A stretch of DNA of 57,473 nucleotides. Source: an uncultured Rhodopirellula sp. (GTDB taxonomy: Bacteria; Planctomycetota; Planctomycetia; Pirellulales; Pirellulaceae). Below, one piece after another: positions 41,441 to 51,014 of the stretch. Both the position numbers and the translations under genes were made by a program. How positions within the stretch are numbered: the stretch's first letter is position 1; every line of letters starts with the position of its first letter. The notes below the pieces were generated by a model. The model saw nothing but the letters and a program-made list of their open reading frames with translations. It was not told the origin of the DNA and did not search any database. The stretch covers positions 1 to 57,473 of the forward strand of contig CAXGAI010000029.1 of assembly GCA_964007735.1 (NCBI GenBank), in the 5' to 3' direction.

Positions 41441-41524
41441 GCTCACTTGTTACACTCTGCTCTCAATAAATAACGTCTTTCATGGTTGTGAAAGTAGATG
41501 GGCTTAATGAGAGATAAATCTCAT

Positions 41525-41553
41525 GTGACGTATTCGCCTTCGTCACCTATAAT
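41525..41553 (+). promoter_or_regulatory. Sigma70-like promoter for the FHA-GAF-PP2C gene
   Basis: GTGACG-17 nt-TATAAT, overlapped by the inverted repeat GTGACG/CGTCAC. Confidence 0.6.
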
Positions 41554-41615
41554 GAACGGTAGTGGCAATGCTGGCGGCAGAGAAGAACTTTAAAAATCGA
41601 CATTAGAATTTAAGT

Positions 41616-43289
41616 ATGGCATATCTCAAAGCAAAGAACGGTCCCCTCGCAGGGCAACGGATCGAGTTATCAGATGACGAAATGATTTTGGGGCGTTCGC
41701 CCGATTGTAATATTCAGGTCGAAGACTATGCGGTGAGTCGCAAGCATGCCAGAGTCCTTCGGGTTGAAGATGGTTTCCAGATCGAAGATCTCAAGAGTCG
41801 TAATAAGACTTACTTGAACGATATCGTACTCACCGACGGTATTCATCAGTTGCGAAACGGTGACAAAGTAGCCATCTGTGATGTCATCTTTAATTTCTAT
41901 GATGATCTCCCCGGGGGGCTTAGTGATAGCCTCGATGGTTCCCGACTGAGCGTTCTCTTTGAAGGCAAAGACGTTGGTCATTCGACCATCATGAGTAAGT
42001 TGGAAGTGGGGAGTGGGCGAGGTGGAGTGCAACTTTCGGCCAGTCCGGAAGTCAAACTCTCTGCTCTCCTGGAGATCACCAAGGCATTGGGCAATGCTTT
42101 GAGTCTGGATGATGTTTTACCCAGTGTTCTTGACGCATTGTTTAAAGTATTCATGCAGGCCGACCGGGCGTTTATTGCTTTGATGGGAGCAGATGGCACG
42201 CTAGTGCCTCGCTGGTCCAAAGCCCGGCGAGACGATTGTGAAGACACGATTCGAATCAGCCGAACGATTGTTAACCATGTTTTGGATTTGCGGCAGGCTG
42301 TTTTGTCGGCAGATGCGGCTTCTGATCAACAATTCGATGCCAGTCAGAGTATTGCGGACTTTCAAATTCGTTCCATGATGTGTGCACCACTCTTTGACTT
42401 TGCAGGTGAGCCGATCGGTGTCCTTCAGGTAGATACTCTGGAACGGAATAAACAATTCAACGAAGAAGATCTTGAGGTTCTTGTCAGCGTAGCCACGCAG
42501 GCTGGTATTGCGATTGATAATGCGAGGCTTCATGATGAATCGCTGGCTCAGGCTGCGATCAAGAAAGACCTCGAATTGGCTGCAAAAGTTCAGGCCGGAT
42601 TCCTGCCTAACGAACGTCCGCATTTGTCGGGCTACGAGTTTTATGATTATTACAAGGCAGCTAATTTCATTGGTGGTGACTATTACGATTACTTGGAGAT
42701 GAACAATGGTAATCTGGCGATTATCGTGGCTGATGTTGTAGGGCACGGAGTTGCCGCTGCGATGCTTATGGCCAAGCTTTCCGCTGAAACTCGTTTTTGT
42801 CTGGCAGGAACGGAGGACGTGGCACAGGCTGTTATCAATCTGAACAACCGTATGACGGGGATGGCCTTGGATCGATTCGTCACTTTCCTGCTGGTTGTGA
42901 TTAATCCCGACACGCATGAACTGTTCGTCGTTAATGCGGGGCATATGGCTCCCTATCATCGTAAAGCAGATGGAAGTGTCGATCTGGTTGGTGAGGAATT
43001 TGCTGATTTACCGATTGGTATTATGGAAGATATCGAATACCAGTCATTCGCTTTTCAATTGCGTGAGGGCGAATCGTTGACGATGTATACAGATGGATTG
43101 AATGAAGCTGAAAACGGTTCTGAAGAACTGTTCGGTATGGAGGCCATCCAGCAGATTATCGAGCAACATGATGATGCTGCTGATGTACGGGGGGAACGAA
43201 TCCTCAATGCGGTACTCGCGCATTCAGATGGAGAAGTTCAGGGGGACGATATGTGCTTGGTGGCGATAAATCGTCTAACCAATCCCTGA
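41616..43289 (+). CDS. FHA + GAF + SpoIIE/PP2C (RsbU-like) serine phosphatase
   Basis: FHA (LGRSP.C, VSRKHA, DL.S.N.TY.N), GAF (IRSMMCAPL), PP2C (GGDYYD, ADVVGHG, NAGH, YTDG..EA, DD). Confidence 0.92.
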   Translation: MAYLKAKNGPLAGQRIELSDDEMILGRSPDCNIQVEDYAVSRKHARVLRVEDGFQIEDLKSRNKTYLNDIVLTDGIHQLRNGDKVAICDVIFNFYDDLPGGLSDSLDGSRLSVLFEGKDVGHSTIMSKLEVGSGRGGVQLSASPEVKLSALLEITKALGNALSLDDVLPSVLDALFKVFMQADRAFIALMGADGTLVPRWSKARRDDCEDTIRISRTIVNHVLDLRQAVLSADAASDQQFDASQSIADFQIRSMMCAPLFDFAGEPIGVLQVDTLERNKQFNEEDLEVLVSVATQAGIAIDNARLHDESLAQAAIKKDLELAAKVQAGFLPNERPHLSGYEFYDYYKAANFIGGDYYDYLEMNNGNLAIIVADVVGHGVAAAMLMAKLSAETRFCLAGTEDVAQAVINLNNRMTGMALDRFVTFLLVVINPDTHELFVVNAGHMAPYHRKADGSVDLVGEEFADLPIGIMEDIEYQSFAFQLREGESLTMYTDGLNEAENGSEELFGMEAIQQIIEQHDDAADVRGERILNAVLAHSDGEVQGDDMCLVAINRLTNP

Positions 43290-43375
43290 TTGGCCTCATG
43301 CTGCTTTTGCTGATATTCGACCTTTGGTATACTCGGCTCCAACAAAACAATAATGTGTCGAAAGGAAATGACATA

Positions 43376-44263
43376 ATGAGCCAGCCGGTTTTAGAAACCA
43401 ATATCCCCGGGCTCGATTCCAAGCGAGGGAAAGTTCGGGATATCTATGATCTTGGTGATCGCTTTTTAATGATCAGCACCGACCGTATCAGTGCCTTCGA
43501 CTGGATCCTCCCTTCTGCGATTCCTGATAAAGGGCGTGTTCTCACAAAGATCAGTGAGTTTTGGTTTGATAAACTGGATATCCCTAATCACCTCTTGACC
43601 ATGGATGTCGCAAAGGTTGATCTGCCAGAAGGGACAGACACCGATGCTTTGCATGGTCGAAGTATGGTGGTTAAGAAATGTAAGGTTGTCCCGATTGAGT
43701 GCGTTGTACGCGGGTATCTGGTTGGTTCTGGCTGGAAGGAATATCAGGTCGAAGGAACAGTATGTGGAATTGAGCTGCCAGACGGCATGCAAATGGCTTC
43801 GCAACTGTCGACGCCGATCTTTACCCCGGCAACAAAAGAAGACTCAGGACACGACATTAATATTTCTTTTGAACGTATGGTGGATATCGTTGGAGAGGAT
43901 ACGGCTCGGGAACTTCGCGATCGCAGTATTGAGATTTATCGCCGAGGTGCAGAGTACGCCCGGACCCGAGGGATCATTATTGCTGATACCAAATTCGAAT
44001 GGGGTTGGCATGAAGGTGAACTCATTTTGATTGATGAAGTACTCACCCCTGACAGTTCGCGATTTTGGCCGACCGAAACTTATCAGGTGGGTGAGTCTCC
44101 CAGGTCCTATGATAAGCAGTTTGTTCGAGATTGGTTGGAGACGACGGACTGGGATAAGAATAGTAAGCCTCCGGAACTACCGGAGGATATTGTTACCAAT
44201 ACACGTGCTAAGTACATCGAGGCTTACGAAGTTCTGACTGGTCAGAGCTTTGAGTGGAAGTAA
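43376..44263 (+). CDS. purC: Phosphoribosylaminoimidazole-succinocarboxamide synthase
   Basis: GKVRDIY, TDRISAFD, ECVVRGYL.GS, TPATK, ADTKFE, DEVLTPDSSRFW, DKQ.VRD; true start ATG 43376 after AAAGGAA. Confidence 0.95.
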   Translation: MSQPVLETNIPGLDSKRGKVRDIYDLGDRFLMISTDRISAFDWILPSAIPDKGRVLTKISEFWFDKLDIPNHLLTMDVAKVDLPEGTDTDALHGRSMVVKKCKVVPIECVVRGYLVGSGWKEYQVEGTVCGIELPDGMQMASQLSTPIFTPATKEDSGHDINISFERMVDIVGEDTARELRDRSIEIYRRGAEYARTRGIIIADTKFEWGWHEGELILIDEVLTPDSSRFWPTETYQVGESPRSYDKQFVRDWLETTDWDKNSKPPELPEDIVTNTRAKYIEAYEVLTGQSFEWK

Positions 44264-44297
44264 GGGAATCCCATTCAACAAGGTGAGGGAGCTTGTT

Positions 44298-44323
44298 AGA
44301 GATCGACCTGAGAGATCGACCTG
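44298..44323. repeat. Perfect 13-bp tandem duplication AGAGATCGACCTG x2
   Basis: Read directly at 44298-44310 and 44311-44323. Confidence 0.9.
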
Positions 44324-44468
44324 GTGGTACTAGAGTGCGAAGCTAGACGACGTGCATTGCCTGAGAAAAGAAGGACGGCATCTTGCCAATGGAGCATTCT
44401 GTGATCATGCTAGAGACTTGATTTATACCCCCTATTTTACCTCGTTTCTCTAGCTCGGAATCATCTCA

Positions 44469-45506
44469 ATGTCTCTGTCCGTACGTTGCCTCTTGGTCGC
44501 TTTACTGATTTCTTGGAGCCTCCCTGCTTTTGCTCAGGAGAGAGTCGCTTTTACTTCGGTTGACGAAGCCGGTGTTGATTATTTGGTTCAAGGTGAGTAT
44601 CGAGGAGCCGTTCGGCTTGCGGGGGTACTTCGTTCGTCCAGTGGGCTACAGGTTGTTTCCAGAGGGGATGGCAAATTTGTAGCCTACTTGATTCCAGGCG
44701 GCCTGGCGGGCCAGGGGGGAGTACTGGCTGATCGAATTTCATTGGAAGGACAAACCAATGAGGTTGGTGTGACCGTACTGAGTAATGAAAGCTTTGTGGT
44801 CATGATTGAAAATGGTATTGCGAGCGTACTTAATTCGGATCGTCGTCGAATCGGTAAGCTTCGTCATATCGTTCGCCAAAGTATTACCATGGGTATGCCC
44901 GCTCCGCAGGAATCCGTCGTATTATTCGATGGTGAGAATACCGACAATCTGATTGATGCCAAAGTGACAGATGACGGGCTGCTGATGGAAGGCGTATTAA
45001 CAAAAGAGGTCGTTAAGGACTTCCGGTTGCATTTGGAATTTAAAACGCCCTATATGCCTAACTCATTGGGACAGGCTCGAGGGAACAGTGGGGTCTATAT
45101 TCAGCGACGGTACGAAGTTCAGGTGCTCGATAGCTTCGGCCTCGAAGGAGTCCATAACGAATGTGGAGGGCTATATCGACAGAAGCCACCAGCGGTGAAC
45201 ATGGCGTTTCCGCCTCTGGTGTGGCAAACCTACGATATTCATTTCCGAGCGGCGCGTTTTAATGATAAGGCTGAGAAAACAGAAAATGCTCGGATTACGG
45301 TATATCACAATGGTGTTGTGATTCATAAAGGGTATGAACTGACAAGTAAAACAGGTGCTGGCCAGCCAGAAGCTCCGACGGCCATGCCTATTTTACTGCA
45401 AAACCATAGTGACCCGGTTCGCTACCGTAATATTTGGCTAGTTCATCTGGATGAGTCTGAAGCGGCGGTTGCCCAGAAGTCCCGAAAACGTTCGGGCGGC
45501 CGGTAA
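44469..45506 (+). CDS. Secreted DUF1080 (3-keto-disaccharide hydrolase family) protein
   Basis: Signal peptide; LFDG, DF.LHLEF, RGNSGVY, YEVQVLDS, WQTYDI.F, LQNH..PV.YRNIW. Confidence 0.88.
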   Translation: MSLSVRCLLVALLISWSLPAFAQERVAFTSVDEAGVDYLVQGEYRGAVRLAGVLRSSSGLQVVSRGDGKFVAYLIPGGLAGQGGVLADRISLEGQTNEVGVTVLSNESFVVMIENGIASVLNSDRRRIGKLRHIVRQSITMGMPAPQESVVLFDGENTDNLIDAKVTDDGLLMEGVLTKEVVKDFRLHLEFKTPYMPNSLGQARGNSGVYIQRRYEVQVLDSFGLEGVHNECGGLYRQKPPAVNMAFPPLVWQTYDIHFRAARFNDKAEKTENARITVYHNGVVIHKGYELTSKTGAGQPEAPTAMPILLQNHSDPVRYRNIWLVHLDESEAAVAQKSRKRSGGR

Positions 45507-45746
45507 ATCATAGAAGGGAATGCCCTTGAGCTAGCGAACCGAGATGCCATGTACATTCACGTGTGCTCGCGGATGCTTCATTGCAGCATTGTTTTTCCGA
45601 TGCTAAACTCGTTGGTTTCATGGAATAGTTTCCGTTAATCTGTTCCCGATAAGTACAGCCGGTAATGATGATAGGCGTAAGGTAGATGATGCTTTAGCCT
45701 TTCGTGATTTGTTGTACCGATACTACTCATGTTTTGAAATGCCTCG

Positions 45747-47192
45747 ATGGGTCGGATTTGTTTTCAGACATCTCGAATTCAGTTTCTTGACGAGCCGTTG
45801 CTGCGCAGCTGCTATATGACAGGGCTCGAAGAGATAGCTTGGGAGCGCGAGATAACCTTTTCGGGAACCCGTCTGATGATAGATCGTCAGACTCATGAGT
45901 CCGGCCATTTCTTTTTTCCATGGCGATTAGAAAATGGCCTCGAATTTATGTTGGGAACGACGAGTCTGCGAGAAAGTCCAGATGATTATCATCTGGAAGT
46001 GGAATTGGCGCGGGGAACTCTTCATCGCCTGCGTAGCTATCTGGCGGAACGCAGTCACCAGTACAAATTGTCACAGGCCTATGCAGAAAAATTGACGGCG
46101 GCTCATGAGCACCTGATTGATGCTGTTCTCTGTTGGCGTTCAGATCCTCAACAGGCGGGTGATTTAGCTGCAACTGCCATCGAACTGTGTTTGTACGTGA
46201 TCAATCAGCTGTCTGTGGAAGATGCCGGGCATTTGATGGAGGCTCGACATCAGGCGGGTATGCGCAATCCGATGTTTGGGGTGAAGCTTGGCCAGCTTCC
46301 GGACGCCGAGTCTGATTGTGACGCATTGGCTGGAACATTTGATTCCGTCATGCTTCCTTTTAACTGGAAGGATCTGTCACTAGACGAAGGTAAATTTCAG
46401 TTTTTTGATGTGGATAGGTTGCTCGAGTGGTCTCATCGTCATGGCAAGAAGGTATTTGCTGGGCCATTGATCGAATTGACGGAAGCTACTTTACCGCAGT
46501 GGCTGTATATCCTGCAAAACGATTTTGCATCGGTGCAAAATTACGTCATGCAGTATATCGAAGAAGTGGTTCGACGGTATAAAGGGCGAGTTCATGCCTG
46601 GCATACGAGTTGTGGATTGAATTCATCCAATGTCCTTGGTTTTTCCGAGGAACAGACCGTTCGGCTTTCGGTCGATATTATCGAGACGATTCGTCGGCTC
46701 GATAATTCCACGCCTGTGATTGTCAGCTTCGATTTGCCCTGGGGCGACTATGCAGCGAATCGGCATTCGGATTTGTCACCACTACAGTTTGCCGATGCTC
46801 TCGTTCGAGCCGAATTGGGGATCAATGGGATTGGAATTGATTTAAGCTTTGGTGGTTCGGTAAATGAATGTACTCCTAGGGATTTTCTGGAACTTGGTCG
46901 TATGTTACAGCAATGGAGTTCGTTGCAATTGCCATTGGTAGTGGGCGTCTCTTTGCCGACGGATTCGGAGGAAGCGGAGGATGAGCTGCCATCAGAAGGT
47001 TACTGGGACACCGCTAGTTCATTGAATCTTTTGCGAGTGCTCCGCAGCAAGCCATCGGTTCAGGCTTTGTTCTGGAATCAACTGACTGACGGGACTGCTC
47101 AACGTCCAGGCGGTGTGTTAACGACAGATCGTCGCCCCAAAAAGATACTGTATCAATTGCGCACACTTGCCGAAAAAACGAACACCCTCTAA
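45747..47192 (+). CDS. GH10 (xylanase)-like TIM-barrel protein, catalytic glutamates apparently absent
   Basis: F.W...EG.F.F..VD.LLEW...HG..., P.WL, V.RYKG.VHAW pattern of GH10; planctomycete-type N-terminus (ELARG). Confidence 0.65.
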   Translation: MGRICFQTSRIQFLDEPLLRSCYMTGLEEIAWEREITFSGTRLMIDRQTHESGHFFFPWRLENGLEFMLGTTSLRESPDDYHLEVELARGTLHRLRSYLAERSHQYKLSQAYAEKLTAAHEHLIDAVLCWRSDPQQAGDLAATAIELCLYVINQLSVEDAGHLMEARHQAGMRNPMFGVKLGQLPDAESDCDALAGTFDSVMLPFNWKDLSLDEGKFQFFDVDRLLEWSHRHGKKVFAGPLIELTEATLPQWLYILQNDFASVQNYVMQYIEEVVRRYKGRVHAWHTSCGLNSSNVLGFSEEQTVRLSVDIIETIRRLDNSTPVIVSFDLPWGDYAANRHSDLSPLQFADALVRAELGINGIGIDLSFGGSVNECTPRDFLELGRMLQQWSSLQLPLVVGVSLPTDSEEAEDELPSEGYWDTASSLNLLRVLRSKPSVQALFWNQLTDGTAQRPGGVLTTDRRPKKILYQLRTLAEKTNTL

Positions 47193-47290
47193 TGTTTCTT
47201 GTGTTTTTGTCGATTCACAAGTTGCAGTAATAGCCTAGTTTTCGTTATCTTTCCTGCGTGAAGAATTAATAGAAACGGATTTGATGAGTC

Positions 47291-48130
47291 ATGGCAGTTA
47301 GTTCAAATAACCCAGTACAGTCCAGGCAGTTTAGCTGCGGGCAAGGACAGCCTTTGCTACTGATTGCAGGCCCATGTGTACTGGAAGATGAAGCGTCGGC
47401 ATTAGCGATTGCCAGCAGTCTGATTGAGCAGACTTCGGAATTTCCGGTCCAATTGGTATTTAAAGCGTCGTTTGATAAAGCGAACAGGACGAGTATTCAT
47501 TCGTACCGCGGACCCGGCTTAGAGGAGGGACTTACGATACTTCAGAGTGTTCGAGACAAATTCGATATTTCTGTCACCACTGATATTCATGAAGCGACAC
47601 AGGCAGCTCCCACGGCTGAAGTTTGTTCCATACTACAGATTCCGGCATTTCTTGCTCGTCAGACCGACTTGCTATTAGCAGCCGCTGCGACGGGGAGTAT
47701 CGTGAATGTGAAGAAAGGACAGTTCATGGCCCCTCAGGATATGCGACATGTTGTAAACAAACTTCTGGAAGGCGGTTGTTCGGACATTATGTTGTGTGAA
47801 CGAGGTACGTTTTTTGGTTATGGTCAACTGGTCAATGATATGAAGAGTCTTCCTCAAATGCAGGCATTGGGCACTCCGGTGATTTTTGATGCCACACATA
47901 GTGTCCAGCAGCCAGGTGGTCAAGGAGATACGACCGGTGGAAATCGAGCAATGGTTGAACCACTTGCAAGGGCTGCCGTAGCAATGGGAGTGGATGGGGT
48001 TTTTATGGAAACCCACCCCGCTCCCGACGAATCCCCGTCGGATGGTCCGAATATGCTACCTTTAGCGGAGATAAATCGGGTGGTCAGCGGATTAGTTACT
48101 ATTCGTCAAACAGTTCAACAGTTGAGTTAG
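47291..48130 (+). CDS. kdsA: KDO 8-phosphate synthase
   Basis: [48 protein letters not shown]. Confidence 0.95.
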   Translation: MAVSSNNPVQSRQFSCGQGQPLLLIAGPCVLEDEASALAIASSLIEQTSEFPVQLVFKASFDKANRTSIHSYRGPGLEEGLTILQSVRDKFDISVTTDIHEATQAAPTAEVCSILQIPAFLARQTDLLLAAAATGSIVNVKKGQFMAPQDMRHVVNKLLEGGCSDIMLCERGTFFGYGQLVNDMKSLPQMQALGTPVIFDATHSVQQPGGQGDTTGGNRAMVEPLARAAVAMGVDGVFMETHPAPDESPSDGPNMLPLAEINRVVSGLVTIRQTVQQLS

Positions 48131-48182
48131 ACGATAATCTTATTGGGGACTGTTTGTAAATAACCATTGATAATAGAGTTCG

Positions 48183-50018
48183 ATGAACACAAAGTATTTT
48201 TTATTCCTGTTAGTGGCAGCCACATTACTGTCAGGCTGTCGCGACCGCAGTCAGGTCAACGTTTCTGAGATTCGTCCACGCGAGACGGAATCTGACAACT
48301 TAGAGACAGCTCTGGCGATCGTTGATGGGCTTGATAATGCTGACCTTAACCAGGCGACTTCGGCATGTATCTATAACTTCAATCAGTGGATTGAAAAACA
48401 TGATGATGATCCGCAGTGGGTGACCCCTTCTCTTTTGAGCGCTCTCCCTATTCATCTGGCAGGAACGGGATTGGTTAACAATGTGGGCGCCAAGCGTTTC
48501 TTCCCTCCGGATGTAAATTACTTACAGGAGATGGGCTGGATCAGCCAAATTGCGCGTTGGATCCAAGCCAATGAAGTCAACCATCGAAAGATCTGGGATG
48601 ACCACATTCCTGCATCAGTTGAAAATGAAGATCTCGCTAAACTTCGAAACGTCTTGCGCATGTTTGACTGGACTATCCGCAATGTGCAGTTGGAGCCATT
48701 GCTGGAATATCCGGAAGTTCCTGACGATGAAACTCGCACCGCACCTGAGTTGGGCATGCCGGGGCCCGGTTATTCAATGGCGGTTCGGGATATTCTGATC
48801 TTCGGAAAAGGTGACTGGTGGCAACGGGCTCGAGTTCTGGCGTTGTTGGCTCGGCAAGTCGACGTCCCCGTTGTTCTTTTGGGATTGCCAGCTGAATTTG
48901 GGAAGGCAAAGCAGCCGTGGCTTACCGCATGTCTGATTGGTGATCAGCTGTACTTACTTGATCTCAGAGATGGTTTGCCAGTAATGACTGAAGATGGGTC
49001 GGAGATTGCAACACTCCATGGATTACGGCAGAACCAGAAATATGCGGTAACGTTGTTGCCAGCCACAGTCGAAGCTTCTGGGGAAGAAATACTTAGTGGC
49101 CTCGTTGGATTAATCGAAGCCGATGTGATGTCGATTTCTCACCGCATGGCGATTCTGGAGAAATATCTAACCGGTGAACGACAAATGAAACTGACAGCAA
49201 CGCCCCATATTCTTTCTCGTGAACTGCGTACAAAGCATGCCATCGAAATGTCGGAAATATGGGTTCCAACTTATGAATATTATGCGTTCGCCACGGCTCT
49301 CAATGTAAGAATATCGGAGGGAGACGCCGGGGTGCTTGCTTTTCTCAGGGAGAAGCAGGATTACCAAATGCTGGAAGACATGTATCAACTGAAAGAAGGA
49401 CGTTTTAAGTCCTTCCGGGGATTGTTTGATGACTTTGAACTTGAAGTCGGACAGGAAACGCAACGAGGTTCCAAAACTTTATTGATGTCTTCGCGTTTGG
49501 CTCATGACAAGATCGTTGATATGACAACGGATCGACAGGTACAGGAAGAACTGGGGTATGTTCGTCCCGAGGAAATGTCATTGACCGCATGGCAGGAAAA
49601 CCTGCGTCGCACGAAGTTGATGTTTGTCAAAACGAAAGATATGGCGAGCTATATGATCGGAATGATTCATATGGAACAAGGTAACTACGCTGACGCAATT
49701 GATTGGCTAGAACGTCGTACATTACAGATAGGACTGGAGTCTGCAGATGACGCACCTCCAGCCTCTCTCGACCCAAACCAAAATCCTGTCGCTGAGAAGC
49801 CAAGCTTAGACCTGTTTTCCGGATTTCTTGGTCAGGATTCGACACCTGAGGTGAATCGTCTGGAAAAATCTATCTACGATACGTCCGCTCGTTATAATTT
49901 GGCTCGGTGTTATTTGGCCTTAGGTGATTACCAACGCGCCAAGGAGTTACTTGAAGACGATGCTTTTAATGCCGCTCAAAAACGTGGAAATGCCAAATTA
50001 TTGCAAGTGCTCAAGTAA
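48183..50018 (+). CDS. Lipoprotein with transglutaminase-like core and C-terminal TPR motifs
   Basis: LLSGC lipobox; FDW..RN, G.GDWWQRA..LA.L.RQ segment; TPR-like ASY.IG.IH...G.Y..A and ARYNLARCY...G. Confidence 0.6.
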   Translation: MNTKYFLFLLVAATLLSGCRDRSQVNVSEIRPRETESDNLETALAIVDGLDNADLNQATSACIYNFNQWIEKHDDDPQWVTPSLLSALPIHLAGTGLVNNVGAKRFFPPDVNYLQEMGWISQIARWIQANEVNHRKIWDDHIPASVENEDLAKLRNVLRMFDWTIRNVQLEPLLEYPEVPDDETRTAPELGMPGPGYSMAVRDILIFGKGDWWQRARVLALLARQVDVPVVLLGLPAEFGKAKQPWLTACLIGDQLYLLDLRDGLPVMTEDGSEIATLHGLRQNQKYAVTLLPATVEASGEEILSGLVGLIEADVMSISHRMAILEKYLTGERQMKLTATPHILSRELRTKHAIEMSEIWVPTYEYYAFATALNVRISEGDAGVLAFLREKQDYQMLEDMYQLKEGRFKSFRGLFDDFELEVGQETQRGSKTLLMSSRLAHDKIVDMTTDRQVQEELGYVRPEEMSLTAWQENLRRTKLMFVKTKDMASYMIGMIHMEQGNYADAIDWLERRTLQIGLESADDAPPASLDPNQNPVAEKPSLDLFSGFLGQDSTPEVNRLEKSIYDTSARYNLARCYLALGDYQRAKELLEDDAFNAAQKRGNAKLLQVLK

Positions 50019-50045
50019 GGGGCGTCCGGGGGACAACCTGAATTC

Positions 50046-50990
50046 TTAGCTGGCCGGCACGATCAACCTCAGGCGTTGGGGTACAGTTTCGATTGTTACA
50101 GGAAGCGTTCCGCACGGATCCCCATCGATTTGAGTGGGGGCATCCGGCATTTCCTTTGAGCTGACTTTCAGACTGCTCACGTAACGAATGACACAGTCTT
50201 TACGTTTGTGATGTTGATTTGTCAGTAGTAGTAAGAAATAGCGTAGCATTTGAAAAACTCCGCGCTTTTTGAAAGCACAAATCCCCAGTTTCCCATCCTG
50301 AGGTTTAATATCGGGTGTCATGGAGATTCCCAAAGCATAACGGTTGATGTTCATGACAAATAGGACGTGAGCATCCAGAACTTCGTTACCCCACTCGTCC
50401 GAAGTGACCAACAGTTTGGGATAGTTGTATTTTTTGATCACTTTCCAGATTGGGCGGAGATAGGAGAGTTTGGTGATGTGGCCAGTCCGGTCTTCAGCCA
50501 ACTGATGGACGATCGCGGCATCCACTCCACAACCCACCATTAGGCAGAATAGTTTACTCTCTCCATTTGCTTCCGTGATCTTCCCGGCGTCAATTTGGGC
50601 GACGCGACCATGCGTCACTAGATCGGCAACTTCTTCCGGAGTTTGTGGTAATTGGAAGTATTTAGCCAGTACATTTTCGGTCCCTTGAGGAAAGACACAT
50701 AAATTCGCCTCGGGAGGCAATTCATTCAGCATCAATGTTTGAGTTCCATCACCTCCTACACCAACCACACATCGCAGGTTGTTCGCTGCAACGGCTAATT
50801 TTGCTTTTGATACGATGCTTGGTAGATCGGTGTCGACTTCCGCCTTAAATCCTCGGGAATTGAGGATTTCCCGCAGTTCTGCGGCCAACTGCCCGCTTGG
50901 TCCTTTTCCAGCCTTCGGGTTGAGAGAGATGATGACCGTTTTAGCTTGATTGTTGAGTGGCTGAGTATCGTCCAGATTGGAAGTATTCAT
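50046..50990 (-). CDS. Diacylglycerol/lipid kinase family (YegS/DgkB-like)
   Basis: NPKAG.G, GGDGT, P.GT.N.LA, G.DA, DG.L, QIDGD. Confidence 0.9.
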   Translation of the reverse strand: MNTSNLDDTQPLNNQAKTVIISLNPKAGKGPSGQLAAELREILNSRGFKAEVDTDLPSIVSKAKLAVAANNLRCVVGVGGDGTQTLMLNELPPEANLCVFPQGTENVLAKYFQLPQTPEEVADLVTHGRVAQIDAGKITEANGESKLFCLMVGCGVDAAIVHQLAEDRTGHITKLSYLRPIWKVIKKYNYPKLLVTSDEWGNEVLDAHVLFVMNINRYALGISMTPDIKPQDGKLGICAFKKRGVFQMLRYFLLLLTNQHHKRKDCVIRYVSSLKVSSKEMPDAPTQIDGDPCGTLPVTIETVPQRLRLIVPAS

Positions 50991-51014
50991 CAGTTCATAG
51001 GCTCAATGGGTGTA

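Noticed and set aside
42201..42959. 252-aa antisense ORF and the many other 60-180 aa overlapping ORFs in the track
   Set aside because: They are shadows of well-supported genes on the opposite strand or in other frames, with no recognisable domains
43253..43375. N-terminal hydrophobic extension of PurC
   Set aside because: It overlaps the upstream gene; a good RBS precedes ATG 43376, which matches normal PurC length
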